Below the pieces are notes generated by a model, which did not search any database, had not been told where the DNA came from, and worked only from the letters and a program-made list of their open reading frames with translations. From contig OY970280.1 in NCBI GenBank assembly GCA_963715865.1, positions 1,920,001 through 1,984,000 on the forward strand: a DNA stretch of 64,000 nt, in the 5' to 3' direction. Source of the stretch: Candidatus Bathyarchaeota archaeon. Lineage in GTDB: Archaea; Thermoproteota; Bathyarchaeia; Bathyarchaeales; Bathycorpusculaceae. Position 1 is the stretch's first letter. Each line of letters begins with the position of its first letter. This document shows, piece by piece, positions 1-9,679 of this stretch. Position numbers and translations under genes: made by a program.

Positions 1-593
1 ATCATGTGGGTGGTTATAACGACGGTTGCGCCGTTTTCCCGGTTTAGTTTCTTTATGAATTCTCTGATTTCAACTGAGGACTGGGGGTCTAAACCTAACG
101 TGGGCTCATCCAAAAACAGCACCTGAGGCATGTTAAGTAACGCTCGGACCACATTCATTCTCTGGCGCATTCCAGTTGAAAACGTGCCCACTTGGGCGTT
201 CTTCCACTGAGTCAGCTGCACCAGTTCCAGCAGTTCATCGATGCGTTTGGTTAAGACGTCTTTGGGGATGTTGAAGAGGCTGCCGAAAAACCAGAGGTTC
301 TCTTTGGCGGTTAGGCGGTTGTACATTATCATTTTCTCGGAGACGATGCCGATAAGTGTGCGCACTTCAGTGTCGTCTTTGACAATGTCATAGCCGCCTA
401 TTGTGGCGGTTCCCTTGGTGGGTCGGGCTAACGTGGAGAGCATGCGCAGGATTGTGCTTTTGCCAGCTCCGTTGGGACCGAGCAAGCCGAAGATTTCGCC
501 TTTTTTGACGTCGAATGAGATGTCGTCTACGGCTGTGAATTTGTTGAACATTTTTGTGAGGTTCTTGACTTCGATTATCGACGCATTCGCCAT
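1..593 (-). CDS. ABC transporter ATP-binding protein (DrrA/NodI-like), 3' end runs off the window
   Basis: Manual reverse translation from ATG at 593: MANASIIEVKNLTKMFNKFTAVDDISFDVKKGEIFGLLGPNGAGKST (Walker A); not in ORF track because it is partial. Confidence 0.93.
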   Translation of the reverse strand, partial: MANASIIEVKNLTKMFNKFTAVDDISFDVKKGEIFGLLGPNGAGKSTILRMLSTLARPTKGTATIGGYDIVKDDTEVRTLIGIVSEKMIMYNRLTAKENLWFFGSLFNIPKDVLTKRIDELLELVQLTQWKNAQVGTFSTGMRQRMNVVRALLNMPQVLFLDEPTLGLDPQSSVEIREFIKKLNRENGATVVITTHM

Positions 594-611
594 TTCGGTA
601 ACCACATTAAC

Positions 612-638
612 GCAATATTATTCAGAGCAATATATTGC
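612..638. promoter_or_regulatory. Palindromic operator candidate between divergent ABC and PadR genes
   Basis: Perfect palindrome GCAATATATTGC at 627-638 plus a second GCAATAT half-site at 612-618. Confidence 0.5.
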
Positions 639-684
639 GGTAAAATATAAGTATTACTGCAGACAACTATAGATTCGAAGCACT

Positions 685-1278
685 ATGGCAACAGAAACTG
701 AAGAGAAGACAACCGCAAACTGGCTCAAAGAAGCCCAAAAAGGCTACATACGCATTGGAGTCCTCATCCTTCTCAACAAGAAACCCTCCCACGGCTACGA
801 AATCATGAAAGAAATCAACAAGCGAACCAAAGGCTTCTGGAAACCCACCGCAGGCGGCGTCTACCCCATTCTACGCGACTTGGAAAAATCAGGATACATC
901 AAAGGCGAATGGCAAATCCAGAAAAACCGCAAGCTCAAAGTTTACAAAATCACCGAATCAGGAGAACTCATCCTCAGACGAGCCATCGTAAAACAAGCCG
1001 AAATCTCCGATAACATCGGCAACCTTTTCCGAGAATTCGCCAAAGACGTCCTCAACATCGAGACGACAACATCGTCCATGCCGAACATGCCTTCCCTCTT
1101 TACACCGTTCCTTGAAGAGAAACCAGACAGCGAAGAAAACCTCACACACCTGAAGCATGAGCGAAAACACATCTACGAAACGGTAAAAATGATGCAGGAA
1201 CGACTAAAACTCATCGACGAGAGAATCGCAGAAATAAAAAAAGAAGCCAAAAGCGATTCTTCCAGAGCCCCAGAGTAG
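685..1278 (+). CDS. PadR family transcriptional regulator
   Basis: ILLNKKPSHGYEIMKEI...GGVYPILRDLEKSGYI...RKLKVYKITESG PadR wHTH pattern; C-terminal coiled coil; divergent from ABC gene. Confidence 0.92.
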   Translation: MATETEEKTTANWLKEAQKGYIRIGVLILLNKKPSHGYEIMKEINKRTKGFWKPTAGGVYPILRDLEKSGYIKGEWQIQKNRKLKVYKITESGELILRRAIVKQAEISDNIGNLFREFAKDVLNIETTTSSMPNMPSLFTPFLEEKPDSEENLTHLKHERKHIYETVKMMQERLKLIDERIAEIKKEAKSDSSRAPE

Positions 1279-1340
1279 CGAACATGCGAAACTGTTATTT
1301 TGGCAACCGCTTCTAATACTCTTTCAAGGAAGCCGACCCC

Positions 1341-1778
1341 ATGGCAAGTGAACGTTATGCTTACATCTTAACGGTTGACGAGAAATATTGGAACCGATTG
1401 CGCCAACGCAACAAAACCACTCTTGGAACACACGTTTTTATCCGAAAAAACCAAGTTGCACCCAAACAGGTTCAGCAGTTACTATTTTATGTTACTAGAA
1501 AACGGCAAGTTTTAGGTGCTGCAGATTTCGTTGAGCGCTTAACTGGCAATTACGAAGAGTTATGGGAAAAGTTTGGCAGCGAAAGCTGTTTTGAATCATT
1601 CGATGAATACAAAAAGTTCGCTGGTGGTAGAGAAATGATGACTTTCATAAGGTTCAGCAATTTTAATGAAATCGCTAATCCTAAGCCTAAAGAAGAACTT
1701 TCCAAGGTTCTTGGGTCTTTGCATCGCTTCGGAATAGGAAAATACCTTGATAAGGAAACTGCCATGCAATTGGTGTAA
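1341..1778 (+). CDS. PUA/ASCH/EVE-superfamily protein (DUF365-like)
   Basis: LLFYVT...VLGAADFVERLTG..EELWEKFG pattern resembles ASCH/DUF365 domains. Confidence 0.5.
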   Translation: MASERYAYILTVDEKYWNRLRQRNKTTLGTHVFIRKNQVAPKQVQQLLFYVTRKRQVLGAADFVERLTGNYEELWEKFGSESCFESFDEYKKFAGGREMMTFIRFSNFNEIANPKPKEELSKVLGSLHRFGIGKYLDKETAMQLV

Positions 1779-1826
1779 AGAATTAAATCTGTGACCTCAA
1801 TATCTCCTTAAGGTAGTGAGTCCTGA

Positions 1827-2150
1827 ATGTTCCGCGTGAGAGTAAACAAAATCGAGTCAACCCGTGATTTAGACGGCAACCTTGGAAAAAGAATTGAATT
1901 GCTTGAAGAGCGAGAAGTCAACCCCTATGTGCTAAGACCACAATCGGATGAAGCCAAAATGGCACAGGATATCATGCAAGCACTCCAACAGCAAATGCCT
2001 TTCCTGCCCCAGAGAACTCAGCTTGCCACGCCAAAAATAATCCTTTTCTTAACGGAGCAGGAATACGACAGTTTAGGCATAAGCTTTGATGTTAACCAAG
2101 TTTACGAAGTAATGCTGGAAAACCAAGCAATACGTTTCACGAAAGTTTAA
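1827..2150 (+). CDS. Arcadin-1-like protein
   Basis: RVNKIESTRDLDGNLGKRIELLEER...PKIILFLTEQEYDSLG...VNQVYEV pattern recalled from the arcadin-1 family. Confidence 0.7.
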   Translation: MFRVRVNKIESTRDLDGNLGKRIELLEEREVNPYVLRPQSDEAKMAQDIMQALQQQMPFLPQRTQLATPKIILFLTEQEYDSLGISFDVNQVYEVMLENQAIRFTKV

Positions 2151-2475
2151 GGATTTCCTTTCTCATCTGCCTCAGAGCAGTATGCTTAGGATGAAAAGAC
2201 AAAACAAACATCATACTCCTCAACGCTGAACATATCTCCTCTAAACCAGACATTTTGCCTTCATCACAGTAAAGCGGAATAGGCTCATCGCCATCGCTTT
2301 CCTCATAGTAAACGTAAATCGGCGAACCCGCCCCATCGAACCTTACCATCTCAAAATTTAAATTCAAACGCTTAGCCGTTTCCCGCGTGGCAGTCCTAAC
2401 CGATTCCAACCGTTTCCTACATGGAACACCAGTTGACGCGTAAACCATCAGTTTCCCACAGTTCCCCTTGAACAT
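2137..2475 (-). CDS. Hypothetical protein
   Basis: ORF 2137..2502 with ATG at 2475 (MFKGNCGKLMVYAS...); occupies its own slot between convergent/divergent genes. Confidence 0.6.
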   Translation of the reverse strand: MFKGNCGKLMVYASTGVPCRKRLESVRTATRETAKRLNLNFEMVRFDGAGSPIYVYYEESDGDEPIPLYCDEGKMSGLEEICSALRSMMFVLSFHPKHTALRQMRKEILKLS

Positions 2476-2600
2476 GGCACACCACAAACACTCAGTCTGC
2501 AAAAAATGCTTTTAAAACAAGTCATGAAACGACTCTTTCAAGCAGTAGAGAGGTGAGTGAAAGTGAAAACCTCTTAAACCGCCAAAAGAAGATTTAACCC

Positions 2601-2870
2601 ATGAAAACCAGAGTACACGTCTTTGTAAGTGGCAGAGTTCAAGGCGTTTTCTTTAGGCAAAAAACCAAGCAGCAAGCGGAAAGTTTTGGTGTTACAGGTT
2701 GGGTACGTAATTTGCCTGATGGTAGAGTGGAAGCAGTTTTTGAAGGTGAAGAAGAAGCTGTTAAAGCACTCGTGGAATACTGCCATCATGGTCCTTCGTA
2801 TGCAAGAGTAACAAACATTGATGCATCATGGGAAGATTATCGAGGAGAATTTAGCGACTTCAAAATGTGA
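2601..2870 (+). CDS. acyP: Acylphosphatase
   Basis: VSGRVQGVFFR and GWVRNLPDGRVE motifs. Confidence 0.96.
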   Translation: MKTRVHVFVSGRVQGVFFRQKTKQQAESFGVTGWVRNLPDGRVEAVFEGEEEAVKALVEYCHHGPSYARVTNIDASWEDYRGEFSDFKM

Positions 2871-2879
2871 TAGGCAAAG

Positions 2880-3278
2880 TTACGCTTTTTTATTGGGGAC
2901 TCTAAAATGTGAATCTTTTCCAGCGCTAATGTATTCGCCGCCCATGCCTCGCACTGCTGAAGCAATCTTTGCAAAGTTTTCTGAACCTAAAAACTGCTTT
3001 GGTTTAATTATTATGTATTCGCCTTTCTCCTCAAAGGTTAATCGAGCTTCCAGTTCCTCTGGGAATGACACGCGAATGTCATCAAGCGACCTCTGTTTTG
3101 TACTAACGTCACGTGTTGCTGGCGCTTGAGCAGTTGCAGGCTGAGTAATTTGACCCACTGCAAGTGACTTCATTGATGCTGAAACGGAACGCAAATCTTC
3201 TGAAATTTTGCTTAAAACAGTAAGTATTTCATCAACTTTTCCGACTAGCTCATTCAGTTTTTCTTTGTCAGTGCTCAT
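2880..3278 (-). CDS. Hypothetical protein (N-terminal coiled coil, small C-terminal alpha/beta domain)
   Basis: 132-aa ORF with heptad N-terminus, APAT linker and C-terminal FLGSENFAKIASAVRGMGGEYISAGKDSHFRVP. Confidence 0.75.
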   Translation of the reverse strand: MSTDKEKLNELVGKVDEILTVLSKISEDLRSVSASMKSLAVGQITQPATAQAPATRDVSTKQRSLDDIRVSFPEELEARLTFEEKGEYIIIKPKQFLGSENFAKIASAVRGMGGEYISAGKDSHFRVPNKKA

Positions 3279-3372
3279 GCAAACGCTCCCTTCAAACTCC
3301 TAATTAATCCCAAGACGCTTATTAATTATTTGCAAACCTCCACACTAACTAAAATCTGGAAGAAAAAAAGGC

Positions 3373-4410
3373 ATGATTGAAATCGACGGAAGCCAAAAAA
3401 GCGGAAGCGGCACAATACTTCGCCTCTCCGTAGCCTTGGCAGCCATCGCAAAACAGCCACTACATATCTATAACATAAGACAAAACCGCCCTCAACCAGG
3501 CTTAAAACATCAACATTTGGAAGCAGTGCTGACAGCAGCCAAACTCTGCAACGCCAAAGTGCGAGGAGCAACCTTAGGTTCACGGGAGCTTTGGTTCACG
3601 CCCCAGCAAATAAAAGGCGGTAGCATTGAAGCAGAAATCGAAACCGCAGGAAGCATCCCAATGCTGCTACTGGCGACACTGCCAATCTGTTTGTTCGCTA
3701 ATAACCCTGTGCACTTACATGTGGCAAAAGGCGGAACAGACACAACTCATGCACCCACCATCAATTACATGCGAAATGTGTTCCTGCCAGCGTTGAAGCA
3801 AATGGGAATTGACGCTGCCGTAACTGTTCAAAAATACGGTTATTACCCAAAAGGAATGGGAGAAGCAACAATGACCGCCAGACCTAACCCAACGCTAAAA
3901 CCGATTCAGCTGGAGAATTTTGGCAAGTTAAAAAGCATAAAGGGCGTTTCAGTCTGCACCTTCTTAGCCCATAAGCAAGTGGCAGAGCGGCAAGCAAAAG
4001 CAGCAGAAGACCACCTCTCACAAAAAGGCTATAAAGCCACTATCCAGATTGTAAACGACCAATCCAATCCTTTCCAAAAAGGAAGCTCAATTGTTTTGTG
4101 GGCTGAAACCGACACAGGCGTAATCATTGGTTCTGACGCGATAGGTGAACTCGGTAAAACCAGTGAAGCCGTTGGAAAAGAAGCCGCAGAAAAGCTCATC
4201 ACCGAGTTATCTGCTGAGCCAACGGTTGATGTTTACTTGGCAGATATGCTCATTCCCTACATGACGCTGGCACAGGGCAAATCAGTCTTTCTGGCGAGAG
4301 CAATTTCTGAGCATATTGAATCTAACATTTGGCTGATGGAAAAAATGTTAAACGTTAAATTCACCATTCAAAAAGTAAACAACCTCTATAGGATAGAAAG
4401 AAGCAGCTGA
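3373..4410 (+). CDS. rtcA: RNA 3'-terminal phosphate cyclase
   Basis: IDGSQKSGSGTILR, RPQPGLKHQH, GYYPKGMG, VDVYLADML motifs. Confidence 0.95.
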   Translation: MIEIDGSQKSGSGTILRLSVALAAIAKQPLHIYNIRQNRPQPGLKHQHLEAVLTAAKLCNAKVRGATLGSRELWFTPQQIKGGSIEAEIETAGSIPMLLLATLPICLFANNPVHLHVAKGGTDTTHAPTINYMRNVFLPALKQMGIDAAVTVQKYGYYPKGMGEATMTARPNPTLKPIQLENFGKLKSIKGVSVCTFLAHKQVAERQAKAAEDHLSQKGYKATIQIVNDQSNPFQKGSSIVLWAETDTGVIIGSDAIGELGKTSEAVGKEAAEKLITELSAEPTVDVYLADMLIPYMTLAQGKSVFLARAISEHIESNIWLMEKMLNVKFTIQKVNNLYRIERSS

Positions 4411-4414
4411 TTGC

Positions 4415-5485
4415 ATGCCTAAATCAACCATTTGCATAAAAGTTCCAAAAAAACAAGGCCAGAGAACAATAGCATTAGCCAACAAACTTGAACTTATCGA
4501 TAAATCATTGGGAATTCAACGGGATGAAGGCACCCTTTGCATCCCCTTAATTAGGCATCCAGAAGAAACTGAGTTGGCAACGCTAAAAAACCAAGTGCCA
4601 AATTATCAATTAACAACTAGCGTTTTCACTGAAAAAAAGCCTCCAGCAGAAACTCTCATTCAAGCGCTCGAAAAAACCTTACCTTCGCATTTGCTGGCCA
4701 CTTTGCCTCAGGCACTAGACATAATCGGAGACATAGCTATAATTGAAGTTCCACCAGAACTCAAAACGTACGAAAACCTCATCGGCGAAGCAATCCTGAA
4801 AACACACAGAAACATTCGAACTGTGCTCGCAAAAGCAGGCGCAATAAGCGGAACCTACCGACTCCGCGAGTTCACTTTTATCGCTGGAGAACACAAAACC
4901 CAAACAGTCCACAGAGAATTTGGATGCCAATATCACGTTGACATTGCCAAAGCGTATTTTTCTCCTCGGCTTTCACATGAGCACCAGCGCGTTGCATCAC
5001 TCGTGCAAACTGGCGAAACCGTGGTAGACTTATTCGCTGGAGTTGGACCCTTCTCAGTGCTAATCGCCAAAAAAAACCTAAAAGTGAAGGTTTATGCTGT
5101 TGATATCAATCCTGAAGCCGTTGAGTTGCTTAAAGTTAACGTAAGGGTTAACAGGGTTGAAAACCGAGTTTTCCCCATCCTCGGAGATGCAAAGCAAATT
5201 ACCTCAAACAAGCTTAAGGGCTTGGCAGACCGTGTAATAATGAATTTGCCTGAAACAGCAATCGAGTTTGCGGATGCCGCTTGCCAAGCAATCAAGCCTC
5301 AAGGTGGAATAATCCATTTTTACGCTTTCGTTCGTTCACCTGACTCAATAGAAAACCTAAAACTTCGTTTTTCTGAAGCTGCAAGGAAAGCCGGCAGAAA
5401 AGTGGAATCGTTTCTTTACGCAAAAAGCATCCGTGAAACTGCTCCATACGAGTCGCAGATTGTTTTAGATGCTAAAGTTGCTTAG
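4415..5485 (+). CDS. trm5: tRNA (guanine-37-N1) methyltransferase Trm5 family
   Basis: DIIGDIAII, YFSPRL, VVDLFAGVGPF, DRVIMNLP motifs. Confidence 0.92.
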   Translation: MPKSTICIKVPKKQGQRTIALANKLELIDKSLGIQRDEGTLCIPLIRHPEETELATLKNQVPNYQLTTSVFTEKKPPAETLIQALEKTLPSHLLATLPQALDIIGDIAIIEVPPELKTYENLIGEAILKTHRNIRTVLAKAGAISGTYRLREFTFIAGEHKTQTVHREFGCQYHVDIAKAYFSPRLSHEHQRVASLVQTGETVVDLFAGVGPFSVLIAKKNLKVKVYAVDINPEAVELLKVNVRVNRVENRVFPILGDAKQITSNKLKGLADRVIMNLPETAIEFADAACQAIKPQGGIIHFYAFVRSPDSIENLKLRFSEAARKAGRKVESFLYAKSIRETAPYESQIVLDAKVA

Positions 5486-5916
5486 TCATGAAGAATGAGT
5501 GTAATGTTGACTTTCTGTCGTGGATTTTTTAGCTTCTCCACCAATTCTCTTGGTAAATCATTTGCTGATTTGTCAGCACGAATTGCCAACGTTCGGTTAC
5601 AAATATAATCGCTTTTTCTAATCACCATATCGGTTGGATGAGTTAAAATCAACCTTGGTGAGCCAAAGGCGTTAATTTGCTCTGTTAAGCCGCCAGCCTC
5701 GATAATGATGGTTAGTTTAGCGTTTGGTCTTTTCAATTTGTCTTTGAATGTTGGGTTTAAGTCCGCTACTGCTTTATCTGCGGCTACTCCGATTATGCAA
5801 TCGCCAGTTTTTGACAGGCGCTTTTCTCGTGTAAACATTAAAGTTGAAGGGTGAATAGCTTTAATATTTTCGTGCCCAGCAGCCGACATGTTTTCTCTTG
5901 TTTCTTTAGCACTCAA
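5482..5916 (-). CDS. DUF371 domain protein
   Basis: GHENIKAIHPSTL...GDCIIGVAAD...VIRKSDY...RTLAIRADKSA. Confidence 0.88.
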   Translation of the reverse strand: MSAKETRENMSAAGHENIKAIHPSTLMFTREKRLSKTGDCIIGVAADKAVADLNPTFKDKLKRPNAKLTIIIEAGGLTEQINAFGSPRLILTHPTDMVIRKSDYICNRTLAIRADKSANDLPRELVEKLKNPRQKVNITLILHD

Positions 5917-6879
5917 TTACTCGTTAACCTCAATGGAATCCACTTTGCCGTCCCCATCTAAATCAAACCCCTGAATCACAACGGCGAAAGTGTCCTCGCC
6001 TTTGTATTTTTGCAGAGTATTTTTCCAAAAATTAGTCAAGGCTAAAACGCACGCTTTTGTTCCTACGGCTTTGTTTCCTGCTAAAACCACGATGCGCTTG
6101 GTCTTATCCCATGGATTAACAATTTTAGCTATTAACCCTGAAACATCCGAAGTGTAAACTTGCAAAGTCTTTTTTGACGACAAACCACCCAGCAGGAATC
6201 CTTGCTCGGATGACTGCATTATGAATTTTATGGGTAAATACTCGTTTATTTCCTGTGTAAGAAGGTTGGTTCCCGGTCCACCAACAAGGATTAAATTGTT
6301 TTTTTCCTCTTTCTCCGCTTTCACATCAACGTCGAGTTTCACGGCGAATTCCGTTGGCATTTTAGTAAATTGCCCAAGGAAAAACGCTAAATGAGCAGCG
6401 TAATGTCCATCTCTGGCACTGGTTTTGAATGGTCCATGCGGTTGCGGGCTGCCTACAACTATTTTTCCGTCAAAGATGCCGTTGCTAATGAATTCTTTGA
6501 AGAACTCTTGGAGTTGCTCATCTATGCTTAGAAGGCATAGGTTTTGGATTGGTTTGTAGCCATAGGGGAGCTCGATGCCGAAGGCTGGTGAAACGGTTTT
6601 GTAATATTTTGCTGTTGCACCTTTCTTCTTTTCTTCTCTTTCGACTGTTATGGCGCCTGCTTTGGCTAGTTTTCTTATGTGGTAGTAGACTTTTTGCTCA
6701 TGCATTCCGAGTTGCCGTGCGATTTCTAAGGGGTACATTTCTTTTTTTGATAGCAGGGTTAGGATTTTCCAGCTTAGGCTGCCTAGTATCAGTTTTAGTT
6801 TTTGTGAATCGTTTATTATGCTGATTTCTTTTACTTCTTGGATGTTGCCGTTGTCTTGCAGTAGCAGTTTTTTGTCCAT
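5917..6879 (-). CDS. ArsR-like HTH fused to S-layer-C-like alpha/beta domain
   Basis: N-terminal YPLEIARQLGMHEQKVYYHIRKL HTH; NLILVGGPGTN motif; C-terminal DLDGDG; no signal peptide. Confidence 0.7.
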   Translation of the reverse strand: MDKKLLLQDNGNIQEVKEISIINDSQKLKLILGSLSWKILTLLSKKEMYPLEIARQLGMHEQKVYYHIRKLAKAGAITVEREEKKKGATAKYYKTVSPAFGIELPYGYKPIQNLCLLSIDEQLQEFFKEFISNGIFDGKIVVGSPQPHGPFKTSARDGHYAAHLAFFLGQFTKMPTEFAVKLDVDVKAEKEEKNNLILVGGPGTNLLTQEINEYLPIKFIMQSSEQGFLLGGLSSKKTLQVYTSDVSGLIAKIVNPWDKTKRIVVLAGNKAVGTKACVLALTNFWKNTLQKYKGEDTFAVVIQGFDLDGDGKVDSIEVNE

Positions 6880-7102
6880 GGCATGGTCGAGATGAATAAC
6901 ATCAAGGTACTATAAAAAATTTATTTATAACGGTTGAAAAAATCAGGCTCCTGCTGTGCAACTTTACGCTAACACGAAGAAGCAAAATGAAAAGGCTTAA
7001 AAAAAAAGTTTTTAGCACTCAAAGTTTTATCCTAAAAATCCTTATTAACAAAGCGCAGCTTTCCATAAGTTAGTACTATTGTGTGAAAGCGAGGCTTCGT
7101 AA

Positions 7103-8932
7103 ATGTGTGGAATCTTTGGTTGCGTTTTAAAAGAAGGAAACGCTGCGCCTGTAATACGTTCATCACTTAAACGGCTTGAATATCGCGGCTACGATTCAGT
7201 AGGCATAGCAACAATATCCGATGGAAAAATTTACCTAAAAAAGGACCAAGGAAAAATAGATGATGTTCACAAAATCCTAAACCTCGACGATTTACCTGGC
7301 AACATAGGTATTGGTCACACACGGTGGGCAACGCATGGTGCGCCCTTAAAAGTTAACTCTCACCCTCACGCCGATTGCACAGGAGAAATAATGGTTGTTC
7401 ATAATGGAATCATTGAGAATTTTATGGAGCTCAGAACAGAACTGCAGAATCTTGATCACACATTTGTTTCAAAAACTGACACCGAAGTAATCCCACACCT
7501 TATTGAGGAAACCCTCAAAGAGAACCCCAAACTCTCTTTTGCCGATGCGGTTCAAGAAAGCCTTAAGCGTCTTGAAGGTTCCTATGCCCTTGCCATAATC
7601 TCCACAAAAGAGCCTGACAAGATTATCTGCGCCAGAAACGAAAGCCCCCTAGTTTTAGGCATCAATGGTAACGGTGTTTTTTGTGCTTCTGATATTCCAG
7701 CGTTTCTGCCAGTTACCAACAAGGCAGTCATGGTGAATAATGGTGAACTCGTTATTCTGACAGCGCAAGGTTACGAGATTAAGAAAATTCAGGACTCCAG
7801 CCTTGTCAAGCGCGCACCGGAAACTATTGAGTGGACAGCGGAAATGGCTGTTAAACAAGGCTATCCGCATTTTATGATTAAGGAGATTCATGAGCAGCCT
7901 GAAACTCTTCGCAACACGTTGAGAATGCAGGAGCATTATTTGGATTTACTTTCAACTTTTCTTGACCGCGCGAACGAGGTTTTTCTTGTTGCATGCGGAA
8001 CAAGCTACCATGCGTGTTTGGCGGCTTCATACATGTTTTCTAAACTTGCGTTTTTGCCCACTTACCCGGTTTATGCTTCAGAATTTATAGAGCAACATGG
8101 CAAATCAGTAAACATAGACAGCACCATCTTAGCTGTTAGTCAGTCAGGCGAAACAGCCGACACCATAGCAGCCGTTACCTGTGCCCAGCAGCGTGCAGCC
8201 ACGATTCTAAGCTTAACTAATGTTATCGGCTCTACTTTGACACGTATTTCTCGTGTTTATATTGGTCAGCAGTCTGGTCCAGAGATTGGAGTTGCAGCTA
8301 CGAAAACTTTTACGTCTCAGCTTTCCGTGTTGGCGCAACTTGCGCTTAGGTTGGCAAAGAAGAGAGGCAAAGTTTCTCAGGATGAAATAGACAGTCTTGA
8401 AGAGAATTTAGATAAATTGCCTGATATTGTTGATACAGTAGTTAAGACGCAGGAGGAAAAAGTTAAGCAAATTGCCAAGAAATACAAGGATTCCAAAGTG
8501 TTCTTTTTCTTAGGCAGAGGAATCAGCACTGCCACCGCTTATGAAGGCAGACTCAAGCTAATGGAGATAGCGTATATTCCGTCGATAGCGTTTCCAGCAG
8601 GCGAGAGCAAGCATGGCCCAATTAGTCTTGTTGAAAACGGTTTTCCGGTGGTTTTCATTTGCCCAAAGGATGATTCGCATAAGACGTTGATTGGTAACAT
8701 TATGGAGATGAAAGCCAGAGGAGCATCAATCATTGCCGTTGTCGAGGAGGGGGACGAGGAAATCAAGACGTTGGCAGATGAGTATGTTGAGGTTCCGAAG
8801 GGCATTCCCAGTGTTCTGTCGCCGATACCTTTTGCGGTGCCCCTGCAGCTTTTAGCGTATTATGTTGCTCTTGAGAAAGGATACAACCCGGACATGCCAA
8901 GGAACCTGGCTAAGTCTGTAACTGTAAAGTAA
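7103..8932 (+). CDS. glmS: Glutamine--fructose-6-phosphate transaminase
   Basis: N-terminal MCGIFG, GHTRWATHG, SQSGETADT, C-terminal PRNLAKSVTV. Confidence 0.98.
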   Translation: MCGIFGCVLKEGNAAPVIRSSLKRLEYRGYDSVGIATISDGKIYLKKDQGKIDDVHKILNLDDLPGNIGIGHTRWATHGAPLKVNSHPHADCTGEIMVVHNGIIENFMELRTELQNLDHTFVSKTDTEVIPHLIEETLKENPKLSFADAVQESLKRLEGSYALAIISTKEPDKIICARNESPLVLGINGNGVFCASDIPAFLPVTNKAVMVNNGELVILTAQGYEIKKIQDSSLVKRAPETIEWTAEMAVKQGYPHFMIKEIHEQPETLRNTLRMQEHYLDLLSTFLDRANEVFLVACGTSYHACLAASYMFSKLAFLPTYPVYASEFIEQHGKSVNIDSTILAVSQSGETADTIAAVTCAQQRAATILSLTNVIGSTLTRISRVYIGQQSGPEIGVAATKTFTSQLSVLAQLALRLAKKRGKVSQDEIDSLEENLDKLPDIVDTVVKTQEEKVKQIAKKYKDSKVFFFLGRGISTATAYEGRLKLMEIAYIPSIAFPAGESKHGPISLVENGFPVVFICPKDDSHKTLIGNIMEMKARGASIIAVVEEGDEEIKTLADEYVEVPKGIPSVLSPIPFAVPLQLLAYYVALEKGYNPDMPRNLAKSVTVK

Positions 8933-8958
8933 CTTTTCCTTTTTTTAACAATCGTATA

Positions 8959-9678
8959 ATGTTAAAAGGGGCAAACGCACAGTATCTATTTTGGTGTTCC
9001 GGTTTGGGGAAGGCGGAATGGGAAAAACTTATCGATGGTTTAGTGAAACAGGGCATTCTTTACTCGCCGAAAGTAGTAAATGCAATGCTTAGTGTGCCCC
9101 GCGTTAAATTCTTGCCTGAAGACATTCAACCTTATGGCGCCGTGGACACGCCTCTTCAAATTGGTTTTGGCCAAACAGTCTCGGCGCCACATATGGTTTC
9201 GATAATGAATGAAGCTCTCCAATTGGAAGTTGGCCAAAAAGTCCTCGAGGTTGGTGCTGGTTCAGGCTGGCATGCTGCAACTATAACAGAGTTGGTAGCG
9301 CCGAAAGATGTGCCTAGAAGTGAGTGGGGACACGTTTATACTGTTGAGATAGTTCAGGTTTTAGCGGAAACGGCTAGGAAGAACATTATGAACGCTGGCT
9401 ATGGCGACCGCATAACTATAATCAACGCTGACGGGTCAAAAGGGTATCCTGAAAAGGCTCCTTACGACCGTATCGTTGTGACGGCTGCAGCTCCAGAAGC
9501 CCCCCAGCCACTACTGGACCAGTTGAAAGCTAATGGAGTAATGGTGATTCCAGTTGGCGAAATTTCGCTCTTCCAAACTCTAATGAGGCTAACTAAAGAT
9601 GAGGCTGGCAAGATTAGGCAGGAGAATCTTGGGGAAGTAGCTTTTGTTCCATTAACAGGCGAATATGGACACGGCTAA
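8959..9678 (+). CDS. pcm: Protein-L-isoaspartate O-methyltransferase
   Basis: TVSAPHMV, KVLEVGAGSGW, APYDRIVVTAAA, VAFVPL; true start may be a few codons downstream. Confidence 0.95.
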   Translation: MLKGANAQYLFWCSGLGKAEWEKLIDGLVKQGILYSPKVVNAMLSVPRVKFLPEDIQPYGAVDTPLQIGFGQTVSAPHMVSIMNEALQLEVGQKVLEVGAGSGWHAATITELVAPKDVPRSEWGHVYTVEIVQVLAETARKNIMNAGYGDRITIINADGSKGYPEKAPYDRIVVTAAAPEAPQPLLDQLKANGVMVIPVGEISLFQTLMRLTKDEAGKIRQENLGEVAFVPLTGEYGHG

Positions 9679-9679
9679 G

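Noticed and set aside
403-672. + strand 89-aa ORF and many similar overlapping ORFs in the track (e.g. 942..1172, 14064..14372, 32715..33149, 40266..40730, 61676..62034)
   Set aside because: They are antisense or alternate-frame shadows of well-supported genes and have no motifs of their own.
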